From Macrostomum lignano (Eukaryota), in NCBI GenBank assembly GCA_002269645.1, contig NIVC01000025.1, forward strand, positions 124,001-188,000: DNA of 64,000 nucleotides, in the 5' to 3' direction. The notes below the pieces were generated by a model. That model ran no database searches, was not told where the DNA came from, and was given only the letters and a program-made list of their open reading frames with translations. The position numbers and the translations under genes are program-made. Shown here piece by piece: positions 1 to 12,514 of the stretch; within the stretch, counting starts at the first letter, position 1; each line of letters begins with the position of its first letter.

Positions 1-325
1 GCAGACATGAGGATAGAGCGAAAGGGTCAGAGAGGAGACGCCGGCTAGCCACAACCAATCAGCGCAGAGATCAGGATAGAGCGAAAGGGTCAGAGAGGAG
101 ACACCGGCTAGCCACAACCAACCAGCGCAGAGATTAGGATAGAGCGAAAGGGTCAGAGAGGTGACGCCGGCTGGCCGCAACCAATCAGCACAGAGGTGAG
201 GATAGAGCGAAAGGGTCAGAGAGGTGACGCCGGCTGGCCGCAACCAATCAGCACAGAGGTGAGAATAGAGCGAAAGGGTCAGAGAGGAGACGCCGGCTGG
301 CCGCAACCAATCAGCGCGGAGATAA
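1..325. repeat. 63-bp tandem repeat, about 5 copies, runs off the window start
   Basis: GGATAGAGCGAAAGGGTCAGAGAGG recurs with 63-bp spacing (ATAGAGCG at 13, 76, 139). Confidence 0.9.
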
Positions 326-402
326 GAAGAGAGCATCAGAATTAAACTAAGACACCAACCGGTTTATAGTGAATCTCCACTAATATTTTCTTCAAGTTGC
401 AG

Positions 403-1692
403 ATGAGCCCTACTCATCTCTTTGGATCGTCAAGAAAACTACGGATGAGATTCTAGCGAACTTAAGGCTCTTCGTGGCTCCAACCGCATCTGCGGTGAGC
501 ATAGTGGGCCTTCTTCTATCCGTATGGGCGTTCGCTAGAACCTGGCGCGTCCTCAAAGGCAAGGACCTGCTGCTGTGCGCCAATATCGCGGCCGACTTCG
601 TCACCGTTGTTACCACGTAATTTTCAATCGTTTGATTATCAAATGGCCAAGCCGCACACGTTACCAGGCACAAAAATAATTAGGCAAGTTAGCAAAAAGT
701 GAAGTATAAGAGATAGTCTACTATGAGTAGTAATAGCAGGAGGGCTGCGGGCACCCTTCGGCGACATCGTCCTAGAAGCAGCGCCGAAGTAATTCTGCTC
801 ATTACGCTGCTCGGCACGCACTCATACACACGCTCACACAGGGTCGTCAGTCATGTACACTCTCACCTAGCAGTCCTTGCCAATGTCCCTTCCTGGTGTC
901 CGCAGGCTGACTGCCCGCGAGTTTCTCAACGGCGGCCTCGGTAGTCGAATGTCGCTAGCGCTGCCCCACCTGGCTCTGAACTGGGCCTGCAAGCTGTGGG
1001 CCTTCTTCTGGGTGCTCAGCAACAGCCTGTCGTCCAATTTGATTTGTCTGATGGCCGCGGACCAGATCTACGCCCTGTGCTGGCCGCTGCGCCACCGAAC
1101 TCGCATGACAAAGCGGAAATACTGCCTGACGCTCTTCTTGTTCGTCTTTCTCTTTGCCTGCGCAGCAGCTCAGGGCGTCCTGTACGAGACTTACGACTAC
1201 TATGGGCAGAGGTACTGCTACCTGCCACTCATGCTGATCAAAGTCGTCTCCGAGCTCACCCAGGCCTACGCCTCGCTGCTACTTAACGGCGTTGTTAGCA
1301 GCATAGCTCTGGCCGTTAGCAACGTCTTCATCTGCGCCAAGATCTTGTCGATTCGAGCAGCCAGTGCGAAGCTGCAGCAGCAGGCGGACCAGCAGGCGGT
1401 GGACCTGCGCGGCGCCAGAAGCCTGCTGGTCACTGCCGCCGTCTACCTACTGGTCTCGCTGCCCCGAGTGGCGACGTACTTTTTAGCCTATCTCAACATC
1501 CGCTACAACATGTGGGATAACGGGGACATCATGAACCCACTGCTGCTGGCGCTGGCTAACGTTTTCAACTACCTGTTCTACGTGTACTGCTCGGTTAACT
1601 GGCTGCTCTGCGGTCTGCGAATTAGGCTGTTTCGCCACCAGTTCAACCAGCTCCTGGGCCGCCTCAGGCAGCGCGCCACTGGGCCTGCGTAG
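403..1692 (+). CDS. Rhodopsin-class (class A) GPCR, probably peptide-receptor-like; exons about 403-616 and about 871-1692; 5' end and junction unresolved
   Basis: Exon 403-616 (acceptor TTGCAG, donor GTAATT) reads DEPYSSLW...LFVAPTASAVSIVGLLLSVWAF (TM1) and LLLCANIAADFVTVVT (TM2). ORF 877-1692 has C-K-L-W at the start of TM3, AADQIYALCWPLR (DRY-equivalent), further hydrophobic helices, an ECL2 Cys (QRYCY), LLVSLPRV (TM6) and a TM7-like segment. Confidence 0.8.
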
Positions 1693-1764
1693 GCTGCTAA
1701 AGTTTGAGGACATTTGGCACCAACTCTAAGCTCCCAATGTGACGTCACACAATTACACATCTGG

Positions 1765-2072
1765 CGCCAACCCTAGCTCTCAGATCGGTTCCAATTAACC
1801 CTAGCTCTCAGAATGGGCGATTAACCCTGGCTTCCTAGATCGGCGCCAATTAACCCTAGCTTTTAGATCGCGCCAATTATCCTTAGCTTTCAGATCGGCG
1901 CCAATCAACCCTAGCTCGATCAGATTGGCGCCAAATAAACCTAGCTCTCAGATCGGCGCCAATTAACCGTGGCTCTCAGATCAGCGCCAATTAACCGTGG
2001 CTCTCAGATCGGCGCCAATTAACCCTGGCTCTCAGATCGGCGCCAATTAACCCTAGCTCTCAGATCGGCGCC
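1765..2072. repeat. 28-bp minisatellite (CGGCGCCAATTAACCCTAGCTCTCAGAT)
   Basis: Units read directly, e.g. at 2010 and 2038. Confidence 0.9.
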
Positions 2073-3300
2073 ATATTTGATTGTTACTGGCATTTGGGAT
2101 TAGTCTATAGTGCTTGTGGTGTGTCTGTTTTGTAGTAAAAATGTTTGTGTCTCTACCCAGATAAAGTGTGATTCGAACTAAGGAGTCTAGTAATTAGGAG
2201 TTCTAGAAAAAGTCTCTACTTGTTAGTAGGCTGTTTTAAACGTTGCTTTTTAGACGCACCACATTTACAGGTAAGCTAGCTGATAAAAATGATGGTAGGT
2301 TGACAACGGTAGGTGGCATTTTTAGCGATTTAAAAAACTCGAAGCGAGCCCATGACCTACAATTTAATTAGCAAGGTACTGCAGTTGCATCAGGACACTC
2401 CTTTTCGATATTATATATTTTTAATTCTGATTTCGCATCAAAATCACTTTAGTAGCTCGTAGTGCGTTAAAATTTGATGTTGTATTTTGATTAAACATTT
2501 TATAAGCACCCAGTGTACTTTGAAGTACTCAGTAAATGAATTAATTGGCAACAAAAATTGGGTTTTTTATTTGGCAATAAAAAACTCAATTTTTATTTTA
2601 ATCAAATTAATATATTATTTAATGCATGTTGTTTTTATGTTGATGATCCTAAAAATTAATTTAATTTAATTTATTTAATTTCTTTTTTCCAACGTTTCGC
2701 GTGACAAAATTTTGCACCTGTTGTCTGTTCCTCACCAGCTAATCAAGAAATTCAAAGGTAATTTTTTAATTTTCTCGATTACTTCTTGTCAACGTTCTTT
2801 TTGTTAATTTAACAGACTCTGTTGTGGGCAACTCTGTTTATGGCACTGCATGCCAGTCCAATTCCGCGGCAAGCTCTGATCGAGGGAAATAAAAAGGACA
2901 AGAAACAAAAAACAAAGAGAAATGGCCAGGGCAGACCGCCACTGCGTTTTCCTTGTTGGCAGAATCAGTATATGACAGCAAATATATACTCTTTATAATT
3001 ACTGCGACAGGTAAAATATGCAAAATACTTTTTACCGTAATAAATAGTAAAAATTAGAATTTGTGGAGAGTTTTAGAGGAATAGCTCTAAAACTATAGCG
3101 AAAGATGCATCGAAATTCACGATCGATTTTTTGATTAATAAAGGTTTTGAACAATGTATTTGACGATTTACCCTTTTTAAATGTCCAATCCCTAGCTATA
3201 AAAGCTAGAAATAATTTTTATTGAATCAACTTTAAATAGTTTTCCACTCTGATCCAGAGACCGCGCATTCTAACATGAAACCAATGCTCCATAATGCAAC

Positions 3301-4009
3301 CAAGGACGACTTAAGTAGAAGGACGGGAAACCTCGCCTCTTAGAAAATTTTAGAAGGCGGCTTTTCCCGAAAAAATACATTACGGAGATAGGAAGTTTTG
3401 ATTTTTTCAGCAAAAAATTGTTATTGCTTTTGATAGGAGGCAGATCCAGTGTTCATCTCTTGAGATATGCTGTGCCTTTCCCATTGCTCTATCGATATTC
3501 ATAGAGCTTTTCGTTCAGGAAATTAGGATTCTATGTTAATTTCTATTCTACGTTCATTTCCTGAACCAAAAAAAAATAATAACGCATTGCACAGCTCCAA
3601 ATCATTAGTTTTATGAATCCATTTTATCATTTGTGCAGCTTGTGCTACGCATATTTTTTACACAGTCAGCTAAAATAGCTAGATAAAATAGACTCATAAA
3701 ACCGATGAGCCGAGCTATGCTATTAATGGTTTTTAGGCACAAGACATGCGGAAATGTACGTAGAATAAAAAATTAACATAGAATCCTATTTTTCTGAACG
3801 ATAAGCTTTATTAATATCGATAGAGCAATAAGAAAGGCACAGCATATCAAAAAACGAACACTGGATCTGCCTCCTATCAAAAGCAATAACAATTTTTGTG
3901 CTGAAAAAATGAAAACTTCCTATCTCCGTAGTGTATTTTTTCGGGAAAGCCTGCCTTCTAAAATTTTCTAAGAAACGAGGTTTCCCGTCCTTCTACTCAG
4001 TCGTCCTTG
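3301..4009. mobile_element. Non-autonomous foldback/MITE DNA transposon with about 290-bp TIRs and an 8-bp TSD
   Basis: Left end CAAGGACGACTTAAGTAGAAGGACGGGAAACCTCG is the reverse complement of right end CGAGGTTTCCCGTCCTTCTACTCAGTCGTCCTTG; arm similarity continues about 290 bp inward. AATGCAAC flanks both ends (3293-3300, 4010-4017). No ORF. Confidence 0.85.
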
Positions 4010-4184
4010 AATGCAACCTGAACCTAATACTACCCAAATGCAACCCCTCAAGCTAAACTGAGGCCAACTAGCCAAACCAATTTAAGTCTGCAAATGCTGA
4101 AGCAGATAAACCATGCACATCTGGCTGGTGTAACAGCGTCTAGAGCAGCGTACTCTGTCGTTGAGAAGCGACTCCAGCTCAAGC

Positions 4185-7100
4185 TCACACCGATGGGAAC
4201 TGCTGCTCATTGCCACTGCCGTTCTCCACCCCAATGGAGCCATAGCGCGGCCGCCGCATCTCCGACGCGGCCAGGTCCTCCGGCTCGGTGAAGTTGTCAA
4301 CAACCTGCCGCTCGCGTTCCTCGTGCTCGGCGCGCCAGTTCAGCTCGTTGCCGCGCACGAACTTCTCCGCGTCTTTAACGGTGTCGGGCAGCGGCATGTC
4401 CTTGGTCTCCGGCAGCCACAGCACGCTCAGCACCGATACAATAGTCAGGCCGCCAAATACCACAGCCGGTAGCCACTCGGCCACTGTTGACAGGTAATTA
4501 ATCACAGGTGAGATTACGCTGAGAAAGCCGGCTACCACGGCCGAGAGGAAGACGCCGTTGTTGCGCAACGAGGTGGGGAAATTCTCAGCGCCGTAGATGT
4601 CCATGGCTGAGTAAGCAGCCGTGAGTAGGCACTTGCCTGGGGAATTTCATGAAAGTTGGGTGCATTGTGCTTGCAGTCTGAATCTCTCGTGTGACTCAAT
4701 TTCCCTTAGCTTGATCCCTGATTTCTCTGTGACTCTCTCGTGACTCAAGTTCTAAGCTTGATCCCTGATTTATCTGTGACTCTCTCGTGACTCAAGTCCT
4801 AAGCTTGATCTCTGGTTTATCTGTGACTCTCTTGAGACTCAAGTCCTAAGCTTGATCTCTGGTTTATCTGTGACTCTCTTGAGACTCAAGTCCTAAGCTT
4901 GATCTCTGGTTTATCTGTGACTCTCTTGTGACTCAAGTCCTAAGCTTGATCTCTGGTTTATCTGTGACTCTCTTGTGACTCAAGTCCTAAGCTTGATCTC
5001 TGGTTTATCTGTGACTCTCTTGAGACTCAAGTCCTAAGCTTGATCTCTGGTTTATCTGTGACTCTCTTGAGACTCAAGTCCTAAGCTTGATCTCTGGTTT
5101 ATCTGTGACTCTCTTGTGACTCAAGTCCTAAGCTTGATCTCTGGTTTATCTGTGACTCTCTTGTGACTCAAGTCCTAAGCTTGATCTCTGGTTTATCTGT
5201 GACTCTCTTGTGACTCAAGTCCTAAGCTTGATCTCTGGTTTATCTGTGACTCTCTTGAGACTCAAGTCCTAAGCTTGATCTCTGGTTTATCTGTGACTCT
5301 CTTGAGACTCAAGTCCTAAGCTTGATCTCTGGTTTATCTGTGACTCTCTTGTGACTCAAGTCCTAAGCTTGATCTCTGGTTTATCTGTGACTCTCTCGTG
5401 ACTCAAGTTCTAAGCTTGATCCCTGATTTATCTGTGACTCTCTCGTGACTCAAGTCCTAAGCTTGATCTCTGGTTTATCTGTGACTCTCTTGAGACTCAA
5501 GTCCTAAGCTTGATCTCTGGTTTATCTGTGACTCTCTTGAGACTCAAGTCCTAAGCTTGATCTCTGGTTTATCTGTGACTCTCTTGTGACTCAAGTCCTA
5601 AGCTTGATCTCTGGTTTATCTGTGACTCTCTTGTGACTCAAGTCCTAAGCTTGATCTCTGGTTTATCTGTGACTCTCTTGAGACTCAAGTCCTAAGCTTG
5701 ATCTCTGGTTTATCTGTGACTCTCTTGAGACTCAAGTCCTAAGCTTGATCTCTGGTTTATCTGTGACTCTCTTGTGACTCAAGTCCTAAGCTTGATCTCT
5801 GGTTTATCTGTGACTCTCTTGTGACTCAAGTCCTAAGCTTGATCTCTGGTTTATCTGTGACTCTCTTGTGACTCAAGTCCTAAGCTTGATCTCTGGTTTA
5901 TCTGTGACTCTCTTGAGACTCAAGTCCTAAGCTTGATCTCTGGTTTATCTGTGACTCTCTTGAGACTCAAGTCCTAAGCTTGATCTCTGGTTTATCTGTG
6001 ACTCTCTTGTGACTCAAGTCCTAAGCTTGATCTCTGGTTTATCTGTGACTCTCTTGTGACTCAAGTCCTAAGCTTGATCTCTGGTTTATCTGTGACTCTC
6101 TTGTGACTCAAGTCCTAAGCTTGATCTCTGGTTTATCTGTGACTCTCTTGAGACTCAAGTCCTAAGCTTGATCTCTGGTTTATCTGTGACTCTCTTGAGA
6201 CTCAAGTCCTAAGCTTGATCTCTGGTTTATCTGTGACTCTCTTGTGACTCAAGTCCTAAGCTTGATCTCTGGTTTATCTGTGACTCTCTTGAGACTCAAG
6301 TCCTAAGCTTGATCTCTGGTTTATCTGTGACTCTCTTGAGACTCAAGTCCTAAGCTTGATCTCTGGTTTATCTGTGACTCTCGTGACTCAAGTTCTAAGC
6401 TTGATCCCTGATTTATCTGTGACTCTCTCGTGACTCAAGTCCTAAGCTTGATCCCTGATTTATCTGTGACTCTCTCGTGACTCAAGTCCTAAGCTTGATC
6501 CCTGATTTCTCTGTGACTCTCTCGTGACTCAAGTCCTAAGCTTGATCCCTGATTTCTCTGTGACTCTCTCGTGACTCAAGTCCTAAGCTTGATCTCTGGT
6601 TTATCTGTGACTCTCTTGAGACTCAAGTCCTAAGCTTGATCTCTGGTTTATCTGTGACTCTCTTGAGACTCAAGTCCTAAGCTTGATCTCTGGTTTATCT
6701 GTGACTCTCTTGTGACTCAAGTCCTAAGCTTGATCTCTGGTTTATCTGTGACTCTCTTGTGACTCAAGTCCTAAGCTTGATCTCTGGTTTATCTGTGACT
6801 CTCTTGTGACTCAAGTCCTAAGCTTGATCTCTGATTTCTCTGACTCTCTTGTGACTTAAGTCCTAAGCTTGATCTCTGACGAAACACACAGACATACCGA
6901 TAAGCGCCATTGCAACCTTGATGGCAAACAGGTACTGCTTCTCCTGCGGTATGAACGGCACGGCAATTATGGCCACTCCAGCCACGATGGACATCGCCAC
7001 GGTAGGCGTACGGCGCCCGATCCGCTCGGAGACCTGCCAGGCGAGTAGGTAGGCGGGAATCTCTAGCACGCCGCTGACAGCCGTGTTGATGTACACGTCG

Positions 7101-10100
7101 TCAATGATGAACGTGGTGTCTATGGTGAGGCCGTAGTAGGCCAGTGAGTACACCAGCATCACGAAGACTATGATGAGAGTCTTGCGGCGCATGATTGGGT
7201 AGGTGAACAGCTCCAAGGTGCGGCCCGTGGGCGTCTCCTCTATCACGATCTTCTGCAAGTTGCGACCGTGAGGTACTATGTACAGGAGTGGATGTTTGTT
7301 CAACAGATAAAGCCAGAGACCTCGGCATCTCTCTATAGAGAAATCTTGGCGCTTCTTTAGACATTCAGAGACTCTGTGGCACTCAGTTAGGGATCCTGGA
7401 AATTCTATCGACATCTAGAGACTCTGTGACACTCATCTAGAGATCCCGGCACTTCTATAGACATCTAGAGACTTTGTGACAGTCATCTACAGATCCCGGC
7501 ACTTCTATAAACATCTAGAGACTCTGTTATACTCATCTACAGATCCCGGAACTTCTAAAGACATCTAGAGACTCTATGACACTCATTTACAAATACCGGC
7601 TCTTTTATAGACATCTAGATACTTTGTGACAGTCATCTACACATCCCGGCACTTCTATAAACATCTAGAGACTCTGTTACAATATACTCATCTACAGATC
7701 CCGGAACTTCTAAAGACATCTAGAGACTCTGTGACACTCATCTAGAGATTCTAGCACAACTCCTCTAGATGTCTAGAGAATCTGTGGCACTCATCTAGAG
7801 ATCCTTGAACTCCTTTGGATCCTCTAGAAACTTCTCTAGGGTCGGCCTCTTGTGCCTCTGTGCCTTGTGTTGTGAATGTGCATGCTCAATGCTATTATGC
7901 AATGTACGCGAACTGATGTACATCTATGAGTATCAGTCAGATAATATATATTGGCTAGCTCACTATAGCTGAGAGCCACCTCTCCTCTCCTTCGCCTTAA
8001 GTGAAATTGATTTCATTCATTTGGCCAGCGGCCACAACACCTTGTCTTGCTGCAGACCTGCCCAGAGTCACCCTAAAAACTATCTTAATTAACCACAGAG
8101 CTGTAATCAATCACATCAAACTTGTTGGTCCTCCATCGAATTCCGTTCCATCGGGCCATCTTCTCGAACACTCGACCGGCCTCCTTCGTTCGGCCCTTCA
8201 GCACCAACCAGCGAGGCGACTCCGGCACCAGGAAGTACACCAGGATGTAGCTGGAACTGAACGCCAGACTAATTAATTGAATGATGCGCCACTCCTGGCC
8301 CAGGTAGGCGATGAGGCTGCATAGTGAGTAGCCGATGCACCAGAGCAGCCAATAGAGATTGCCCAGCATGGCCCTGTGCTTGGCGGCTGTCAGCTCTTCG
8401 ACCAATAAGAGGCCCTGGTAGTACACTGGCGATGCCAGACCTGCGAGCGATGTGTTATTTTCGAATTTGTTATCGGTTTCGACTTTCGACACAAACTCAT
8501 GTACTGCTCGCATAAATTTTCATGAAGATTACTTGTCACTCCTGGCATTGATTTATCACTCCTGACACTGATTTGTCACTCCTGACACTGATTTGTCACT
8601 CCTGACACTGATTTGTCACTCCTGACACTGATTTGTCACTCCTGACACTGATTTGTCACTCCTGACATTGATTTGTCACTCCTGACACTGATTTGTCACT
8701 CCTGACACTGATTTGTCACTCTGACACTGATTTGTCACTCTGACACTGATTTGTCACTCCTGACACTGATTTGTCACTCCTGACATTGATTTGTCACTCC
8801 TGACACTGATTTGTCACTCCTGACACTGATTTGTCACTCCTGACACTGATTTGTCACTCTGACACTGATTTGTCATTTCTGACACTGGTTTGTCATTTCT
8901 GACAGTGATTTGTTATTTCTGACAGTGATTTGTCATTTCTGACACTGATTTGTCATTTCTGACAGTGATTTGTTATTTCTGACACTGATTTGTCATTTCT
9001 GACACTGTTTTGTCATTTCTGACAGTGATTTGTTATTTCTGACATTGATGTGCCACTTCTGACACTGATTTGTCACTCCTGACACTGATTTGTCACTCCT
9101 GACACTGATTTGTCACTCCTGACACTGATTTGTCACTCCTGACATTGATTTGTCACTCCTGACATTGATTTGTCACTCTGACACTGATTTGTCACTCCTG
9201 ACACTGATTTGTCACTCGTGAAACCAGTTTATCACTTCTGACACTAATGCACCCACCAATGATATAAAATTTGTCACTCTTAGAAACTTATAATATATTT
9301 TCTGAAGTATAAAGAATACTCTGAATAAAAGCGTAATTTAATTTAAATTCAGTATAAAACTTAAATTACAATTTTCATGTAAGAGATCACCTACTTGTAG
9401 GTAAGAGAGAGAAACATTTTATTCCTTTCTTTGTTGCCTGCCCAACGGAGGAGGCTAAGATTGCTAGTTAAACCTGGATAGTTATTTATCCTATCTTAAA
9501 TTAAAATAAAAAAGAAGATTTGCAGGAAACCTTACCTCAGTGCTTCGGCGACATCGTGAGGCCCATTCCGCTGACTCCTGTGCAGACAAGGGCGCCAATA
9601 CTATACGCAGCAGGAACTCATACACAGCTTACACAGGGTGCACAACGGTCCTGACTTTCTAATCGTTGGGCATTACTCTCTGTGCCTTGGGGGTTGGCCC
9701 TCATGGCTGCTCTTCTGCCTAAGAAGCCAACTGAATGCATTTCTCACCTTTCAGAAATCTAGCGCCGATCTGCCACTCAACGGTGGGCGTGAAGACCGGC
9801 AGCACGGTGGTGACAATGTCCACGCAGCCGCAGACCAGCAGGATGGTGCGCCGGCCGATCCGGTCGCCCAGAGTGGCAAACAACATGCCGCAGGCGTCGC
9901 CAAAAAAGTACACGCTCATGAGGATGGTCGGGTAGATGTCCCTGGCGCAGACCAACTGGAAGTCCTTCACCATCGTCAGCCGGATGAAGTCGTTCTCGAA
10001 CTCGAACTCGGTGCACGCCTCTTCGGTCATGTTGCCGGCTGAGTACAGGGACGGATCTGCTGATGAAGCGTTGCCAGCCTCCGACGACCTGCTTATCGTG

Positions 10101-10297
10101 CAGTGACTATCGAAGCCCTGAGGCTCGTAGCCGCTTGAGTTCTGCTGGGCGCACCTGAACGGCGACACGTGCAGCATGAGGGCCAGCAGCTGCAGGTCCA
10201 GCACCGCCTTCACTGAAGTCATCGACAGGGAGAGAAAAACCATCAGCTGGGCGCGACCGAAGCCGCCAATCTGCGTGAGAATTTTCTCGTACTCCAT
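4185..10297 (-). CDS. SLC22-family organic cation/anion transporter (MFS), 4 exons: 10297-9748, 8440-8115, 7252-6898, 4636-4185 (about 560 aa)
   Basis: Family motifs ILTQIGGFGRAQ, FQLVC, DRIGRR, PESPRWL, ERIGRR, AENFPT, LPET. All introns GT-AG with matching phases; total 561 codons. The exon 2/3 junction and the start codon are less certain (frame open upstream to 10378). Confidence 0.9.
4690..6862. repeat. 47-bp minisatellite filling SLC22 intron 3
   Basis: Unit CTAAGCTTGATCTCTGGTTTATCTGTGACTCTCTTG(A/T)GACTCAAGTC, about 46 copies. Confidence 0.95.
7330..7810. repeat. Degenerate 50-bp tandem repeat rich in TCTAGA, SLC22 intron 2
   Basis: ACATCTAGAGACT at 7411, 7461, 7511, 7561. Confidence 0.85.
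8530..9245. repeat. 19-20-bp minisatellite (CACTCCTGACACTGATTTGT), SLC22 intron 1
   Basis: Direct reading of tandem units. Confidence 0.95.
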
Positions 10298-10699
10298 CTG
10301 TGCACGAACTTTGGAGTCTTCTTCAATTCTCACCTGAGCATTGCTACCTGGCGAAAAATGGGTCCGTCGTTTCTCCACGAGCTAATCTAGACTTTACACA
10401 AAAATTGAAACAATTTTTTTAAAGATATCTTAGGCTTTTCTGGTTTTATCTTAAAAATAAAGTGCAAACTTTCTCTTGGCAAAGTAAGTTGCTGGCTTCC
10501 ACGCAGGTAAGCCATGCCTTAGTCAGAAATTGACCAGACTCGGTATCAGGGCTCAGTTGAGAACGGCGGAGCTCTCGGTTATAGTGAGTTCAAAGCTCAA
10601 ATTTGGTTTATACTGTTTGGTCTGAAATGAAAACACTGGAATAACCTGCACTTTGAATTCACTGTGCAGTCCGCAGTTTCAAAAAAGTCATCTAAAGAA

Positions 10700-11397
10700 C
10701 CCGAGAAGAATTGTGGCGCCCTCTGAAGTACCCGAGAGAAATTGTGGCGCCCTCTGAAGTACCCGAGAGAAATTGTGGCGCCCTCTGAAGGACCCGAGAG
10801 AAATTGTGGCGCCCTCTGAAGGACCCGAGAGAAATTGTGGCGCCCCTCTGAAGGACCCGAGAGGAATTGTGGCGCCCCTCTGAAGGACCCGAGAGGAATT
10901 GTGGCGCCCCTCTGAAGGACCCGAGAGGAACTGTGGCGCCCCTCTGAAGGACCCGAGAGGAACTGTGGCGCCCCTCTGAAGGACCCGAGAGGAATTGTGG
11001 CGCCCCTCTGAAGGACCCGAGAGGAACTGTGGCGCCCCTCTGAAGGACCCGAGAGGAACTGTGGCGCCCCTCTGAAGGACCCGAGAGGAACTGTGGCGCC
11101 CCTCTGAAGGACCCGAGAGGAACTGTGGCGCCCCTCTGAAGGACCCGAGAGGAACTGTGGCGCCCCTCTGAAGGACCCGAGAGGAACTGTGGCGCCCCTC
11201 TGAAGGACCCGAGAGGAACTGTGGCGCCCCTCTGAAGGACCCGAGAGGAACTGTGGCGCCCCTCTGAAGGACCCGAGAGGAACTGTGGCGCCCCTCTGAA
11301 GGACCCGAGAGGAACTGTGGCGCCCCTCTGAAGGACCCGAGAGGAACTGTGGCGCCATCTGAAGGACCCGAGAGGAATTGTGGCGCCATCTGAAGGA
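10700..11397. repeat. 32-bp minisatellite (GAAGGACCCGAGAGGAACTGTGGCGCCCCTCT)
   Basis: Tandem units; explains the 32-aa periodic ORFs 10597-11424 and 10688-11389. Confidence 0.95.
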
Positions 11398-12514
11398 CTT
11401 ACTACAGTGTCTAGTAGACGACAAATCTAAATAATTAGGTTAATGAGGCTAATCAGCTTTTATTGCCTTTTATGCAGCTCCAGAGACAGTTTTATCACGT
11501 CGTTACTTTGTCAGTAGTGTGGCCTGAACCCGAGTTTGTTATACAAATCAAGAGGAATTTTATTCCTATCTGACTCGAAAACAAATCAATTGGATCAATC
11601 CAAAGCAAACTTTCTCATATTACTCCAATTCTCTTTTACTATTTAAACTCCCAGCTTCCGACTCCATCCAGAGCCATCTGGAGGTCTATAAAACTCTCCC
11701 TGAAGGATCAAAATCATCATTCAAAGGAGGCTTGACAAATAAAAAACACTGGACCCATCTCTGCACGCTTTGATGTTTTCGAATTTCAAAATGTCAGTCA
11801 AAAATCCATAACTTTGCGCTGAGTTGACAAGAAGGCCTTCGGAGCTCCGGTTGGCGCTCCTGGACCGACAGTGCAGCTTCCGTCTTGCAGATTCCTCATC
11901 TCTTCGTGGCCATGCATGCACGGGATTTCCGCGACTGCAGAACAATGGGAGCGCTATGAGGTAAGTAGACCCTGAGCAAACTGATTTGCCTAGCATTAAG
12001 CTTCAGCTTAAACGGGGAGCCTGTTACTCGAGACAGCTCAGGATGTGTGCTCTGGCTTCGGGGTCGGCAACAACTGTGGAAGCTGCCTGGGCTTCAGTTT
12101 GTCTAACTTTGCCCCCCCCTCCCAACCCCCGAATTTTTCAATCAAATTCAGAGCTAACAGGCGGCTGTTGTTGGCCGTGCCGGATGCCACCTCATTGCCA
12201 GCCCTGATTGCCAGCCGTGCAGACTCAATCAGCAATTATCAGCCATGCGAGGCAAAGCGTTAACAGTCGGGCAAACATTGCGGGCCAGATTTTTTCCCTG
12301 TCTCCCATTAAGTATCTTGTGCAGGCCGGGTTTCCCGCCAGTTTTGGGATTAACGATTGAAAAACACGAGCAGGCGGAAGCATTCTTTGGCTGGCACAAC
12401 ACGCTTCTCATGGGGCCGGTTCAGGAAATTCACTGCCTGTGCAAAGCCAAGAAGATTTTGAATCAAAATTTGAAGTAAGAGCTGTTGCCTCCGAAGCCCT
12501 TCTTTACGAGAGGC

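Noticed and set aside
9536-9580. Apparent small SLC22 exon (CACAG...GAG|GTAAG on the - strand)
   Set aside because: In the required phase it contains TGA; exon 1 joins exon 8440 directly and gives a full-length transporter.
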